A DNA stretch of 64,000 nt from Felis catus (taxonomy: Eukaryota): positions 177,942,001 through 178,006,000 of the forward strand of contig NC_058368.1 in assembly GCF_018350175.1 (NCBI RefSeq). The letters are read 5' to 3'. Of the stretch, positions 1 through 12,093 are shown piece after piece. The position numbers and the translations under genes are program-made. The notes below the pieces were generated by a model. The model had not been told where the DNA came from. It did no database searches and saw only the letters and a program-made list of their open reading frames with translations. The first letter of the stretch is position 1, and each line of letters starts with the position of its first letter.

Positions 1-213
1 GCCAATATTTAATTGTCAAATTTTTTGTTTGTATTTAACAATTCTAACAAGTGTGTAGTGGTACCTCATTATGGCCTTAATTTGCATTCTCAAATAATAA
101 ATGATTTTGATTTTTTTCATATCACTATTTGCCATCTATATATCTTCTTTGGTGAATTACCTTTTCAGATTTGTTGCCCTTGCTTTTTTAATTGTTTGCC
201 TATTTTTTTTTAA

Positions 214-505
214 CATATTAGTTTTCTACTGTTGCTGTAATAAGTTGTCACGAGCTTAATGACTTAAAACACAAATTTACCATTTTACAGTTCTGTAAAT
301 TCGAAGCACAACACAGGACATGCTAGGCTAAAATCAAGGAGTCAGCAAAGCTACATTCCTTTCTGGATGTTCTAGGGAAAAATTTGTTTCTTTGCCTTTT
401 CTAGATTGTAAGAACCATTTGTGATCCTTGGCTCATAATCCTTCCTCCCCTTCCCCATTTTCCCCTACCCCCCATCCCTGCCATTTACAAAACCAGCAAC
501 ATTGG
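214..505 (-). mobile_element. MaLR LTR remnant (MLT1D-like)
   Basis: tattagttttctactgttgctgtaa...aaatttaccattttacagttctg...ggctaaaatcaaggagtcagc resembles reverse-complemented MLT1 LTR consensus. Confidence 0.7.
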
Positions 506-560
506 ATTCAGACGTTCCCATACAAGTTTGGTCTAATTTCTTATGCATCATCATTCCATC

Positions 561-783
561 TTTATTTTATTTTAATTTTTAACATTTATTCATTTTTGAG
601 AGACAGAGAGAGAGAGTGCAAGTGGGGGTGCAGCAGAGAGAGAGGAAGACAAAGAATCCAAAGCAGGCTTCAGGCTCTGAGCTGTCAGCACAGAGCCTGA
701 TACGGGGCTCTAGCTCAGGAACCGTGAGATCATGACCTGAGCCAAAGTCAGACACTTAACTGATCAAACCACCCAGGCACCCC
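561..783 (-). mobile_element. CanSINE (felid SINEC)
   Basis: Poly-T tail, (GA)n, ctctgagctgtcagcacagagcc core, ends cccaggcacccc. Confidence 0.95.
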
Positions 784-823
784 ACATATATTTTCTCATA
801 CGGTTTCTTCTAGAAATTTTACA

Positions 824-887
824 TTTAATTTTTTAAGTTTTTTCATTTTAGAGAGAGAGCATGAACAAGCAGGTGAAAGGGACAGAG

Positions 888-939
<52 letters not shown>

Positions 940-1061
940 CCCAAGCAGCTCCATACTCTGCACAAAGCCCAACACAGGGTTCAATCCCACTACCCTGGGA
1001 TCATGACCTGAACTGAAATCAAGAGTAGGACGCTCAACCCACTGAGTCTTCCAGGCACCCC
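824..1061 (-). mobile_element. CanSINE
   Basis: Long (GA)n, gatcatgacctga, ends ccaggcacccc; attttacattt on both flanks. Confidence 0.92.
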
Positions 1062-2278
1062 TGTATTTTACATTTTATATCTATGATCCATTCTGAATTT
1101 ATTTTTGTATAAGGTGTGAGGTACATATCAAAGTTCTTTTTGCATATGAATGTCCAATTGTTCTAGCAGAATTTACTGAAAGACTAACCTTTCTCTATTA
1201 AATTTCTTTTTTTTAACTTCTGCCAAAAATCAGTTGATGATATTTATGTGGGTTAGTTTCTGGGTTCTCTATGCTGTCTCATTAAACTGTGCCTTTACCC
1301 TTGGCTAGTACCACACTGGCTTGACATCAGTTGCTTCATAGTTAGTCTTGAAATTGGGCAGCATTATTCTCAACTTTGTTTTTTGCTTTCATAATTTCAT
1401 TTTTTTTTTTGAAATTTAACTCTCCTGGTCCATCGGCATTTCCTCAAAAATTCCTCATAAGAATCAGCTTATCAATAACTGCAAAAAACCCTGTTGGGAT
1501 TTTGAACATGACTCCATTGAGTCTAAATGTCACATTGGGGTGAAGTGACATCTTAACAATATTTGGATCAAATGTACTAGTAATTAATAAAAATTTTTAA
1601 AAGTAAGATATCTTCAATTATTAGACTTGCAAAGATTGCAAAGAAGTATAAACATGGAAAAATCATAGAGAAACACTAACGTTTTTGTATATGGTACTGG
1701 TGAGGTATAAACTGGTTCAATCTTTATGGAAAGAAAATGCAATCCATACAAACATTTTTTTGCATTTATTCTTTCATTCAGTAATTTTATTTCTAGGAAT
1801 TATTGGGGATATACTTATAGAACATATATGTATAGGAATGTTTAACACAGAATGTAATATTTTTAAAAATCTAAGCATACTAAATCTGTATACTAAAGAC
1901 AGATTAACCTGTATGATGCATCCATAAAATGGAATACAACCACTAAAAAGACAGGACTGTATATGTCAATAAAAGTAAAAATCAAGTTCTAATTATGATA
2001 GGGACATTCTGAAAAAGAAACTGAATCTCCATATAGGAGAAAGTCATGATATTAGCGTTGCTATGTTTAACTCTGGAGGTAGGGGGAAGAAAGGAAGTAA
2101 CAGAAAACTATTTTATTAATTTATTATAATTTGAAGAATTTAACTATCAGGGTAACACATAAATAAACCATTCTAATTTCTTCTACTATTGTTGTTCACT
2201 TTTGGATCTTGAAAAATCACCCTCTCTCTGTTTCTGGGCCTTGGCTTTCTCCATCTGTGTGAGGAATTACTTACTCAC

Positions 2279-2346
2279 CTGGGTCAGGGTCTATGGAAGG
2301 GGCATTGGGAATGGATTTTACCCAACTTTCAAAGTGATCTCTGATC
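2279..2346 (-). other. Weak candidate 68-nt cassette/cryptic exon
   Basis: Minus strand: gttcttaaatgttttag|GATCAG...GACCCAG|gtgagtaagt. Strong donor, poor pyrimidine tract, next to MIR-like sequence. Confidence 0.25.
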
Positions 2347-2817
2347 CTAAAACATTTAAGAACGGCTGATCTCTATGACTTTTTCAGGATTTAACACTGT
2401 ATTTATTAGGCTACCAATAGAAACAAGCAGCAGAGGTAATTTCAAGCAAGAGAATATATTTTGCCTTAAAAGCTTCATGAGAAATACTCAAGAGAAAGGG
2501 CTGCTGAATATACTAAAAAAAAGAAAAAAAGGCAATCAGGAGATTTGTTTTCTTTCTGGTTAATCTTGTTGGATCTTCACCTGTAAAATAAGGAGAATGA
2601 ACTAATCTGATTTCATTTAAAGTCCCCTACAAAAAACAATCTAAGATACTCTGTCCTTTTCAAATCTGGGTTTCAAATAAATACAATTTGCTTGCTTTGA
2701 CCTACAGAAGGGTTAAAATTTTTGGTAAAGACACAAAGGAGTAATACCACTTTCATAGTCAACTTTTAAAAATTTTACCTATCTTAAGTTGCAAGAGTTT
2801 CCCTTTCTTTTATATTC

Positions 2818-3013
2818 TTTTTTTTTTTAAGTTTGTTTATTTGAGAGAGACAGAGACAGTGCAAGTGGGAGAGAGGCAAAAAGAGAAGAAGAGAGAATCC
2901 TAAGCAAGCTCTGCGCTGCCCCAATGTGGGGCTCAAACTCATGAAACTGAGATCATGATCTGAGCCACAACCAAGAGTGGAATGCTTAACCAACTGAGCC
3001 ACCTAGGCACCCC
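2818..3013 (-). mobile_element. CanSINE
   Basis: Poly-T, gagatcatgatctgagcc, ends cctaggcacccc. Confidence 0.93.
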
Positions 3014-3053
3014 TCTTTTATTTTATATTCCTTACATAATTATCTTTCACATC

Positions 3054-3250
3054 TTTTTTTTTAATGTTTATTTTTGAGAGAGAGAGAGAAGGAGGAGGGG
3101 CAGAGAGAGAGGGGGACACAGAATCCAAGGCAGGCTCCAGTCTCCGAGCTGTCAGCACAGAGCCCAACACGGGGTTCACACTCACGAACTGTGAGATCAT
3201 GACCTGGGCTGAAGTCAGACGCTTAACCGACTGAGCCACCCAGGTGCACC
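3054..3250 (-). mobile_element. CanSINE
   Basis: Full body; flanked by TSD tctt(t/c)cacatctttt. Confidence 0.95.
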
Positions 3251-3297
3251 TCTTCCACATCTTTTATAAGGAGATCCAGATCCAGTTTAGTAGACAC

Positions 3298-3742
3298 TTT
3301 TTATTTTTACTTTTATTAAAAAAATTTTTTTTAACGTTTATTCATTTTTGAGATACAGAGAGGGGGGGGGGAGCGGGGGAGGGGTAGAGAGAGGAAGACA
3401 CAATCCAAAGCAGGTTCCAGGCTCTGAGCTGTCAGCACAGAGCCAGACGCGGGGCTTGAACTAATGAACAGCGAGATCATGACCTGAGTTGAAGTCGGAC
3501 GCTTAACCGACTGAGCCACTCAGGCGTTCCTACTTTTATTTTTAAATGTTTATTTATTTTTGGGAGAGAGCGAGCACAAGATGGGAGGAGTGGAGACAGA
3601 GACAGAGACACAGAATCCAAAACAGGCTCCAGACTCTGAGCTGTCAGCACAGAGCCCCATATAGGGCTCAAACCCACAAACTATGAGATCATGACCTGAG
3701 CTGAGGTCGGCCGCCTGACTGAACGAGCCACCCAGGTGCCCC
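3298..3742 (-). mobile_element. CanSINE whose A-tail is interrupted by a second CanSINE
   Basis: Body at 3541-3742; outer TSD gtagacactttt (3290-3301) / gtagaccctttt (3746-3757). Confidence 0.88.
3318..3530 (-). mobile_element. Nested CanSINE
   Basis: TSD tacttttatt at 3308-3317 and 3531-3540. Confidence 0.92.
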
Positions 3743-4843
3743 ATGGTAGACCCTTTTAGATGTATAAGCTTCAGCAGCATCATAGAAAATTTACCTATTC
3801 TTATCTCTTTTTTCGATCTTACGACTCTATCACTATACTTTTATCAAAACTACTTTGTGCTTGGTTTTATTTCCATTTTCTTCTGTGGCTTTTCATAATT
3901 TAACTTACAAGCCCATTCCCCATCCCTGACCCAGACAGAATAAATCATCTCTTCTGTACAACATCTGGTCTTAATGGCACTGTATGTGTTGTATGGTATA
4001 TTTATAACTATTTGAGTGTTTGTCTCATATATTAACCAGAGTTTTCAGAATCTGGTCTGAAATTTTATTCCCTATTTCACTGGTATCTGGAACATGGGAC
4101 TTGGCAAAATATAGAATGAGTTCAACCAAACTGACCAAGGGAACCAAGTAGTTTGAACTGTACCTTTAATGATGTGCTAAGAAACTGAAATATTTCAATA
4201 GTAATTCAGAAGCCAGAGAAGATAACAAGGCTAAAGAAGTCTGTTTTATAAATAACCAGAAGTTGACTTATTAAAGCTTAGAAAGCTTAGATTCCAGGAA
4301 AATATGCTGAATTACAAAGAGCCATCTGGAGAAGCTGAAGAAACATCATCACTTAGAACACTGAAATACTAAATTCAAACATTAATAGAACTTCAGTCTA
4401 AGGGAAGACCCCTGGTTCGGTACTGGATCCTAGGAGAGTTTCAAGGAAGATTCCATCTCAAGTTTCTGTGACTATATGAATCATTTCAGCATGATTACAC
4501 ATACAAACTGATTGAACTAATTTTAAGATTGGAGATAATCTTGAAATTTATAAAACTTTTTAGAATATTGAACTGTATAAAAATTTGTCTCATTTTTAAG
4601 CAAACACTAGAGAATTTCTTTCTGATTCCAAAGCTTCTACTTTTTTCTAAGTTTTTCCTTGTGGCCATTAATAACTAAATTTGTAATTTAATGAACTTTT
4701 AGTATCAACTTATAAGTTGTACTTATATTCCTATTGGATAAACACTTCTATGATTCACACAAAAAATCACCTTGTCCTTTATAGTCACAAGATATTTTTA
4801 TTATTTTCTGTCCCAATATGTATGCATAATTTCTTTTAAAAAA

Positions 4844-5044
4844 ATTTTTTTAATGTCTATTTATTTTTGAGAGCGAGAGAGACTGAGTGGGGGAGGGACA
4901 GAGAGGGAGACACAGAATCCAAAGCAGGCTGCACTGAACTATCAGTACAGAGCCCAATGCAGGGCTTGAACTCATGAACCAAACCGCGAGACCATGACCT
5001 GAGCCGAAGCTGGATGCTTAACCGACTGAGCCACCCAGGTGCCC
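4844..5044 (-). mobile_element. CanSINE
   Basis: Full body; TSD tgtat(g/a)cataatttc on both flanks. Confidence 0.95.
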
Positions 5045-5099
5045 TGTATACATAATTTCCTTAACAGAATGAGCACTCAAATAGAACTTTTAAAGTGTT

Positions 5100-6480
5100 T
5101 ATTCAAATGATATATGAAATTTATTGTCAAATTGGTTTCCATACAACACCCAGTGCTCATCCCAACAGGTGTCGTCCTCGATACCCCTCACCCACCCTCC
5201 CCTCCCTCCCACCCCCCATCAACCCTCAGTTTGTTCTCAGTTTTTAAGAATCTCTTATGCTTTGGCTCAGTTTGTTCTCAGTTTTTCAGAGTCTCTTATG
5301 ATTTGGCTCCCTCCCTCTCTAACCTTTTTTTCCCCTTCACCTCCCCCATGGTCTTCTGTTCAGTTTCTCAGGATCCACATAAGAGTGAAAACATATGGTA
5401 TCTGTCTTTCTCTGTATGGCTTATTTCACTTAGCATAACACTCTCCAGTTCCATCCACGTTGCTACAAAAGGCCATATTTCATTCTTTCTCATTGCCACA
5501 TAGCATTCCATTGTGTATATAAACCACAATTTCTTTATCCATTCATCAGTTGATGGACATTTAGGCTCTTTTCATAATTTGACTATTGTTGAGAGTGCTG
5601 CTATAAACATTGGGGTACAAGTGCCCCTACGTATCAGCACTCCTGTATCCCTTGGGTAAATTCCTAGCAGTGCTATTGCTGGGTTATAGGGTAGATCTAT
5701 TTTTAATTTTTTGAGGAACCTCCACACTGTTTTCCAGAGCGGCTGCACCGGTTTGCATTCCTAACAACAGTGCAAGAGGGTTCCTGTTTCTCCACATCCT
5801 CGCCAGCATCTATAGTCTCCTGATTTGTTCATTTTAACCACTCTGACTCAATGGGGAAAGCTCTCAGGAACACGACAGAAATGTCCACTCTCACTGCTGC
5901 TGTTTAACATGGTGTTGGAAGTGCTAGCATCAGCAATCAGACAACAAAAGGATCTCAAAGGCATCAAAATTGGCAAAGATGAAGTCAAGCTTTCACTTTT
6001 TGCAGATGACATGATATTATACATGGAAAACCCGATAGACTCCACCCAAAGTCTGCTAGAACTCATACATGAATTCAGCAAAGTCACAGGATACAAAATC
6101 AATGTACAGAAATCAGTTTCATTCTTATACACTAACAATGAAGCAACAGAAAGACAAATAAAGAAATTGATCCCATTCACAACTGCACCAAGAACCATAA
6201 AATACCTAGGAATAAACCTAACCAAAGATGTAAAAGATCTGTATGCTGAAAACTGTAGGAAGCTTATGAAGGAAATCGAAGAAGATATAAAGAAATGGAA
6301 AAACATTCCATGCTCATGGGTTGGAAGAATAAATGTTGTTAAAATGTCAATGCTACCCAAAGCTATCTACACATTCATTGCAATCCCAATTAAAATTGCA
6401 CCAGCATTCTTCTCGAAGCTAAAAGAAGCAATCCTAAAATTTGTATGGAACCACAAAAGACCCCAAATAGCCAAAGTAAT
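5100..6480 (-). mobile_element. Felid/carnivore L1 with 5' inversion: 3' end on minus strand (~5100-5848), inverted ORF2 RT segment on plus strand (5849-6480)
   Basis: The minus part has the carnivore L1 3' UTR (gaaatttattgtcaaattggtttccatacaacacccagtgctcatccc). The plus part translates to L1 RT with LFADDMILY and KIPCSW-type motifs (ORF 5825-6502). Confidence 0.9.
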
Positions 6481-6598
6481 TTTTAATTTAAATTTTAGTT
6501 AACATACAGTGCAATATTGGTTTCAGGAGTAGAATTTAGCGATTCCTCACTTACATTCAACATCCAGTGTTCATCACAACAAGTGTCCTCCCTAATAT
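6481..6598 (-). mobile_element. Short carnivore L1 3' end
   Basis: ttagttaacatacagtgcaatattggtttcagg... is the reverse complement of an L1_Carn-type terminus. Confidence 0.75.
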
Positions 6599-6970
6599 GC
6601 CCCCGTAGTTCTTTTATTCATTCTCTCTGCCTCTGTACCCAGAAAATCCCATGGTGGTGCAGCAGCATGGAGGCTGGGTGGAAACCTAGAAGTCCTGTCT
6701 GACTAGAAGAGCTGCTGTCTTAAGAGGGCAGGGCAAATTCCCATTACTTTTTTCTCCCTTGTTCTCCTGAGCTTGGCTCTGGATTCAGACACAGCTACAG
6801 GAATGTGGCAGAGCAGAAAAACAAAAGCCCTTTCAGGCCAGAGAACTATTAAAAAGAAGCCCCAAAGAAGGCTAAAGTACCTAGCATATTGCAAAAAAGG
6901 AGGGAGTTCAAAAAGCTATCCCATAAAGTGATATGTGAACACCTGCTCAATGATCATTTGTACATGTGTA

Positions 6971-7160
6971 GAGGCACCCGGGTGGTTCAGTCGGTTGAAC
7001 ATCTGACTCTTGATTTTGGCTCAGGTCACGATCCCAGGGTCATGGGATCGAAGCCCATGTTGGGCTCCGCACTGAGCGTCAAGCCTGCTTATGATACTCT
7101 GTCTTTCTCCTGCTGCCCCTCTCCCGGGCTCATACTCTCTCTCTCTCAATAAAAAAGAAG
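6971..7160 (+). mobile_element. CanSINE
   Basis: gaggcacccgggtggttcagtcggttg head, (CT)n, tail running into a purine satellite. Confidence 0.92.
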
Positions 7161-7378
7161 AAAGGAAGGGGAAGGGAAAGGGGAAGGGAAAGGGGAAGGG
7201 GAAGGGGAAGGGGAAGGGGAAGGGGAAGGGAAGGAAAGGAGGAAGGAAGGAAGGAAGGAAGGAAGGAAGGAAGGAAGGAAGGAGAGGAAGGAAGAAAGAG
7301 AGGGGAAGGAAGACAGAGAGGGGGGAAGGAAGAGAAAGGAAGAAAGAGAGAGAGAGAAACAAAGAAAGAAAAAAAAAA
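7157..7378 (+). repeat. Polypurine microsatellite (GGGGAA)n/(GGAA)n/(GA)n
   Basis: About 220 nt, almost purely A/G, continuing the SINE tail. Confidence 0.95.
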
Positions 7379-7509
7379 CATTTTAAATCTGCATATGTTT
7401 AAATCTAATACTGCATAGCATACCAAAAGCTTTGAGAACTCTACTGGGCTTGACCACTGACCAAAAGGGTAAATATACCATTGGGTAGCATAGACACAGG
7501 ACAGATCTT

Positions 7510-7718
7510 TTTTTTTTTTTTTTTAAGTATATTTATTTTGAAAGAGAGTGAGTGAGAGAGTGGGGGAGGGGCAGAGAGGGAGAGAGAGAGAATTCCAAGC
7601 AGGCTCTGCACTGTCAGCAGAGAGCCTGCTGTGGGGCTCTAACTCAAGACCGTGATATCATGACTTGAGCTGAAACTGAGAGTTGGATGCTTAACCAACT
7701 GAACCACTCAGGTGCCCC
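7510..7718 (-). mobile_element. CanSINE
   Basis: 16-bp TSD acacaggacagatctt at 7494-7509 and 7720-7735. Confidence 0.96.
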
Positions 7719-8068
7719 AACACAGGACAGATCTTAATGGCACTGCAAAGCCTTTGAAAATTAAACTGGCATTGGAACCACAGCCCACAAAAGAAGTGTT
7801 AGAAGTCTGTTCTCAATCTAACAAGGTCAAATGTCTTGTTAAAGTAAATGTCTATTAAAATAAAAAAAAGTAACACTCTCCCGAGGTTTTAAACAAGACC
7901 CAGAATTTTATCGCATAATATTCAAAATGTCCAGGATCTAATCTGGAATTGCCTCTCATATAAAGAGACAGGAACATCTCAAATCTCAAGTGAAAAGAAA
8001 ATCAGTGACAACAACCCTAAGATGACACAGATGTTGCATTATCCTGACTTTAAGGTAGCTATTACAAC

Positions 8069-8903
8069 GAAACCCCTATCAAGATACAATCCTCAAAGTT
8101 TCCCTTTTGCTCCTTTCCTCAGTCCCTACACCAACATCCATAGTGGCAACTACACTGTAATGGTTTTTTTCATTGTACATTAATTCTACCTGTTCTAGAA
8201 CTCCATATGGAATACTTCAGTGGGTATTCTTTGTAAGGCTTCTTTCACTCAGAATATTGCTTTTGGGATCCATTAATACTGTTGTGTTTATAAAAAGTTT
8301 TTAGTTTTTGAGTATTTCATTGTATAAATATATCAAAGTTTGTTTATCCATTCTCTATTGATGGATACCTGGACTGTGTCAAGTTTTTGGCTATTATGAG
8401 TGAAGCTGTTAAGAGTATTCTTTTATAAGTCTTTTTGTGCATATGTGCTTTCATATTGCTTGGGTAAATACCTAAGGGTAGAACTGTCGGGTCATGAGAT
8501 AGGTATATGTTAGTTGTATGAGAAGCTATTAGGTCTTTTTCCAAAATGGTTGTACCATTTTAAATTCACACCAATATGGTATGAAAGTTTCAACTGTTCC
8601 ACATTTTAACATTTGGTGTTAACAGTCTTTTCATTTTTGAATTTTGGTAGGTATGGTGGTAACATATTTTGGTTTCAGTTTTCATTTCCCTAGTGACTAC
8701 TGATGTTGAGCTCTTTTACATGTACTGGTGGATATTTACAGATTTCTGTTTTTACTGTTACGTTGGAAGTGATCTTTATATGTTCTGCATACTGGTTCTC
8801 TGTGAAATATATGTTTATGAGTATTTTATCTCCATCTGGTTTGAGTATTCATTTTTTATCAGTGTACTTTAATGAATAAAAGTTTTAGTTAAAAAAAATA
8901 AAT
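8069..8903 (+). mobile_element. TSD-flanked retroposed insert composed of antisense old-L1 3' sequence
   Basis: tagctattacaac at 8056-8068 and 8904-8916; AATAAA at 8875-8880; A-run from 8891; body is reverse-complement L1. Confidence 0.7.
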
Positions 8904-8965
8904 TAGCTATTACAACCATGTTCTAAAAAGTAAGGGAGAATATTCTTAAAATAAAGTGAAAGACA

Positions 8966-9232
8966 GAGATGCCTGGGTGGCTCAGTAGGTTAAGTGTCTG
9001 ACTCTTGGTTTTGGCTCAGGTCATGATCTCGCAGTTTGCGAGTTCAACCCCATGTCGAACTCTGCACTGACAATGCAGAGTCTGCTTGGGATTCTTTCTT
9101 TCTCTACCTCTCTTTCTGCCCCTCCCCTGCTCATGCGTGCATGCTCTCTCTGTCTCGCTCTTTCTCTCTCTCTCTCTCTCTTTCTCACTCTCAAAGTAAA
9201 TAAACTTAAACAAATTTTTTTAATAAATACAA
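8966..9232 (+). mobile_element. CanSINE
   Basis: TSD aaaataaa(g/c)tgaaaga on both flanks. Confidence 0.93.
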
Positions 9233-11885
9233 AAATAAACTGAAAGAAATTCTCATTGAAACAACAGAAGACACAAAATATTAAATGGAAAATTTAGAAG
9301 TGGAAATTTCCAAGAAATTAAAAATTCATTGATGGGTTCAATAGCAGAATGGAAGTGACTTGCAGAAAGGTTCAGTGAAATGTGAAGACAGATTAAATAC
9401 AAATTATCCAACTTGAATAGAACAGGAAAAAAAATACAATAAACAGAACCTCAAGGACCTATGGGAAAATAACAAAAGGTCACATAGGCCCCTGCGGCTC
9501 ACTGGGGTTTAGGAGGAGAAAACAAAGAGTGTAATGCAGAAAAGATACTTTAAGAAACATGGTTGAGTGATGTCACAGAAAATGGTAGGAGCAGACAGCT
9601 CCAGGAATTGGTCCCTCCACTGAAACAACTATTGAGCTGTCAAGAACTATCAGATTCGACGATTACAGAACTCTGGAGTCTAGGTGAATACTTTTAGCAT
9701 TCAGGGAAGTTTCTGACAAAAGAGAAACTGGTAACTTTTAGCATGTTGCTCTTTCGACCACATCACATCCCCAGACCTATGGCAGGCAGTCAGGTGACAG
9801 AGGTCACATTCCTAGTGCAACTTGCTGTTTTGCTGGTAGGCAATAAGGACCCTGTCTACTAGAAATTGGGATTGTATGTTTACAATCTGAGGGGCCAGCA
9901 CAAGTCTAGCCACTATTTCAACCTCTTTAGTTAGAAGCAAATTCTTGGATGGTCTCTGTTGAATGAATTTAGAGGAATGAAACACCTACTTCCCACTTTT
10001 TATTTTACTAGATCCAAGTATTCAAGCAAATCTGTCAGGTCACTGGCTGGCCGTGGAGATAACAGAACAGAGACTTCAGTGACCACACACAAGAAACAGT
10101 CTTTGCAAAAATAATTTGAAAAAGTCACTAAACAATTGGAAACTGCAGCCTTCAACAAGCAACAACAGCAACCTCTGGTGGAGGAAAGAGAATCTGATTT
10201 CCAGAGTTAGCACATTACAATATTCACAACGTTCAGTTCTTAATAAAAAAATTACAAAGCATAAAAGAAACAGGAAATGGCCCACTTACAGAAAAACATT
10301 AGTTGACAGACACAATCCTGGAGAGAAGTCCATTCATTGGACTTACTAGATAAAGATTTAAAGTAGGTGTCTCAAATACGCTCAAAGAGCTAAAGGAAAG
10401 AATGAATAATAATAAAAAAAAACCTGAAAGAATCAGAAGAATGCTATGTAAAAAGCAAAACTACTAGTTTAAAAAATTGTAAATTATAAAAAGAGCCAAA
10501 TAAAAATTCTGGAGCTGAGAAGTACAATGCTGAAATAAAAAATTCACTAGAGGGGTTGGCTTAACAGCAGATCTAAGAAGAAAAAAAAAAGATGTGGTAA
10601 AGTTGAGAACAAGGCACTGAAAGTACTCAGTATGAGAAGCACAAAGAAAAAGAAGAGAAATCAATAGCACCTAAGGGACCTATAAGAAACTGTCACATAT
10701 ATCAACATACATTATAGGAGTCTGAGAAGGAAAAAAAAAAAAAAGAAAAAATACTGGACGAAACAATGGCCAAAAACTTCTAACATTGGATGAAAGACAC
10801 GAAATCAAATATCCAAAAAGTTCAATGAACTTAAAGCAGGATAAACTAACAGAGAACTACACTAAGACACTTTATAACGAACCTGTCAAAAGACAAAAGG
10901 AAACTTGAAAGCAGTAAGACAAAATGACTCGTCACATACAAGGGAGCTTCAATAAGATCAACATATGACTTCTCATCAGGAACCATAGAAGCCAGAGGCA
11001 GTGGAAATCATATTTTAAATGCTCAAAAGAAAAAAGGTGCCAACCAAAAATTCTATATCCAGCAAAACTGTCCTTATAAAATGAAGAAGTTAAGACACTC
11101 CGGTTTAAAAAAAATAAAAGCTAAAGAATTCATAACTACCCTACAAAAAATACTGAAGGAATTCCTTCAGGCTGAAATGAGAAGATATTAGACCGCAACT
11201 AAGAGCTCTATGAAGAAATAGAGATGTCTGGTAAAGGTAATTACATAGGCATATAAAAGCTAGTATTATTGTATTTTCGGTTTGTAACTCTTCATTTCCT
11301 ATACGACTTAAAAAACAATGCCTACAAAAATAATTATAAATCCACAGGAATGGGCACACAGTCTACTGATTTCATATAATCTGTAAAAATAATAACATAG
11401 AGTGCAGGAGTCAGAAACAGAGTTCATGCATGCTATTGAAGTTAACTTGGTATCACTGCAAACTATTATAAATTCAGGAGGCTAGCTGTAATCCTCAGGG
11501 TAATCACTAAGAAAATAACTAAAAAATTGACAGTAGAAAAAAAAATCAAACACACAAGAAGGCAGTATGGGAGGAACTGAGAAACAAAAAAGATAAAAGA
11601 TATGTAAAAAACAGCAAAATAGCAGAACTAAATCTTTCAGTGTTAGTAATAAATTTAAATGTAAATAGATGAAGCTCATCAATTAAAAAAAATTAGCAGA
11701 ATAGATTAAAAATGATTCAATTACACTGCTTATAGAAAATTTGCTTTATACCAAAGACACAAATAGGTTGACAGTGAAAGGATGGAAAAAGATTATCCAT
11801 ACAAACAATAACTAAAATACAGCTGCAGTGGCTATATTAATATCATACAAAACAGCTTTTAAATAAAAAGTTGTTACAAGAGACA

Positions 11886-12093
11886 GGGGCAATTGGGTGG
11901 CTCAGTCGGTTAAGCGTTGGACTCTTGATTTCAGCTCAGGTCATGACTTCATGTTTCGTGAAATCGAGCCTTGCATCAGGCTCTATGCTGAGCATGTAAC
12001 CCGCTTGGGATTCACTCCCCCTTCTCTCTCTTTGCTCCTCCCCTGCTTGTGTTCTCGCTCTTTCTCACTCTCTCAAAAATAAATAGTTTTTTT
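11886..12093 (+). mobile_element. CanSINE
   Basis: 20-bp TSD aaaagttgttac(a/c)agagaca at 11866-11885 and 12094-12113. Confidence 0.95.

Larger units (their letters stand above)
1..1565 (-). mobile_element. Old L1 (L1M-type) ORF2/3' fragment, interrupted by an LTR and two SINEs
   Basis: Typical antisense-L1 text, e.g. atgatccattctgaatttatttttgtataaggtgtgagg (~1083-1121) and gaagtgacatcttaacaatattt; no intact ORF. Confidence 0.75.

Noticed and set aside
5825..6502. 225-aa ORF with a reverse transcriptase FADD motif as a novel RT system or domesticated gene
   Set aside because: It is an ordinary L1 ORF2 fragment in an inverted insertion. It has no genuine ATG start (TTG), crosses the inversion junction, and lacks the endonuclease and N-terminal RT regions.
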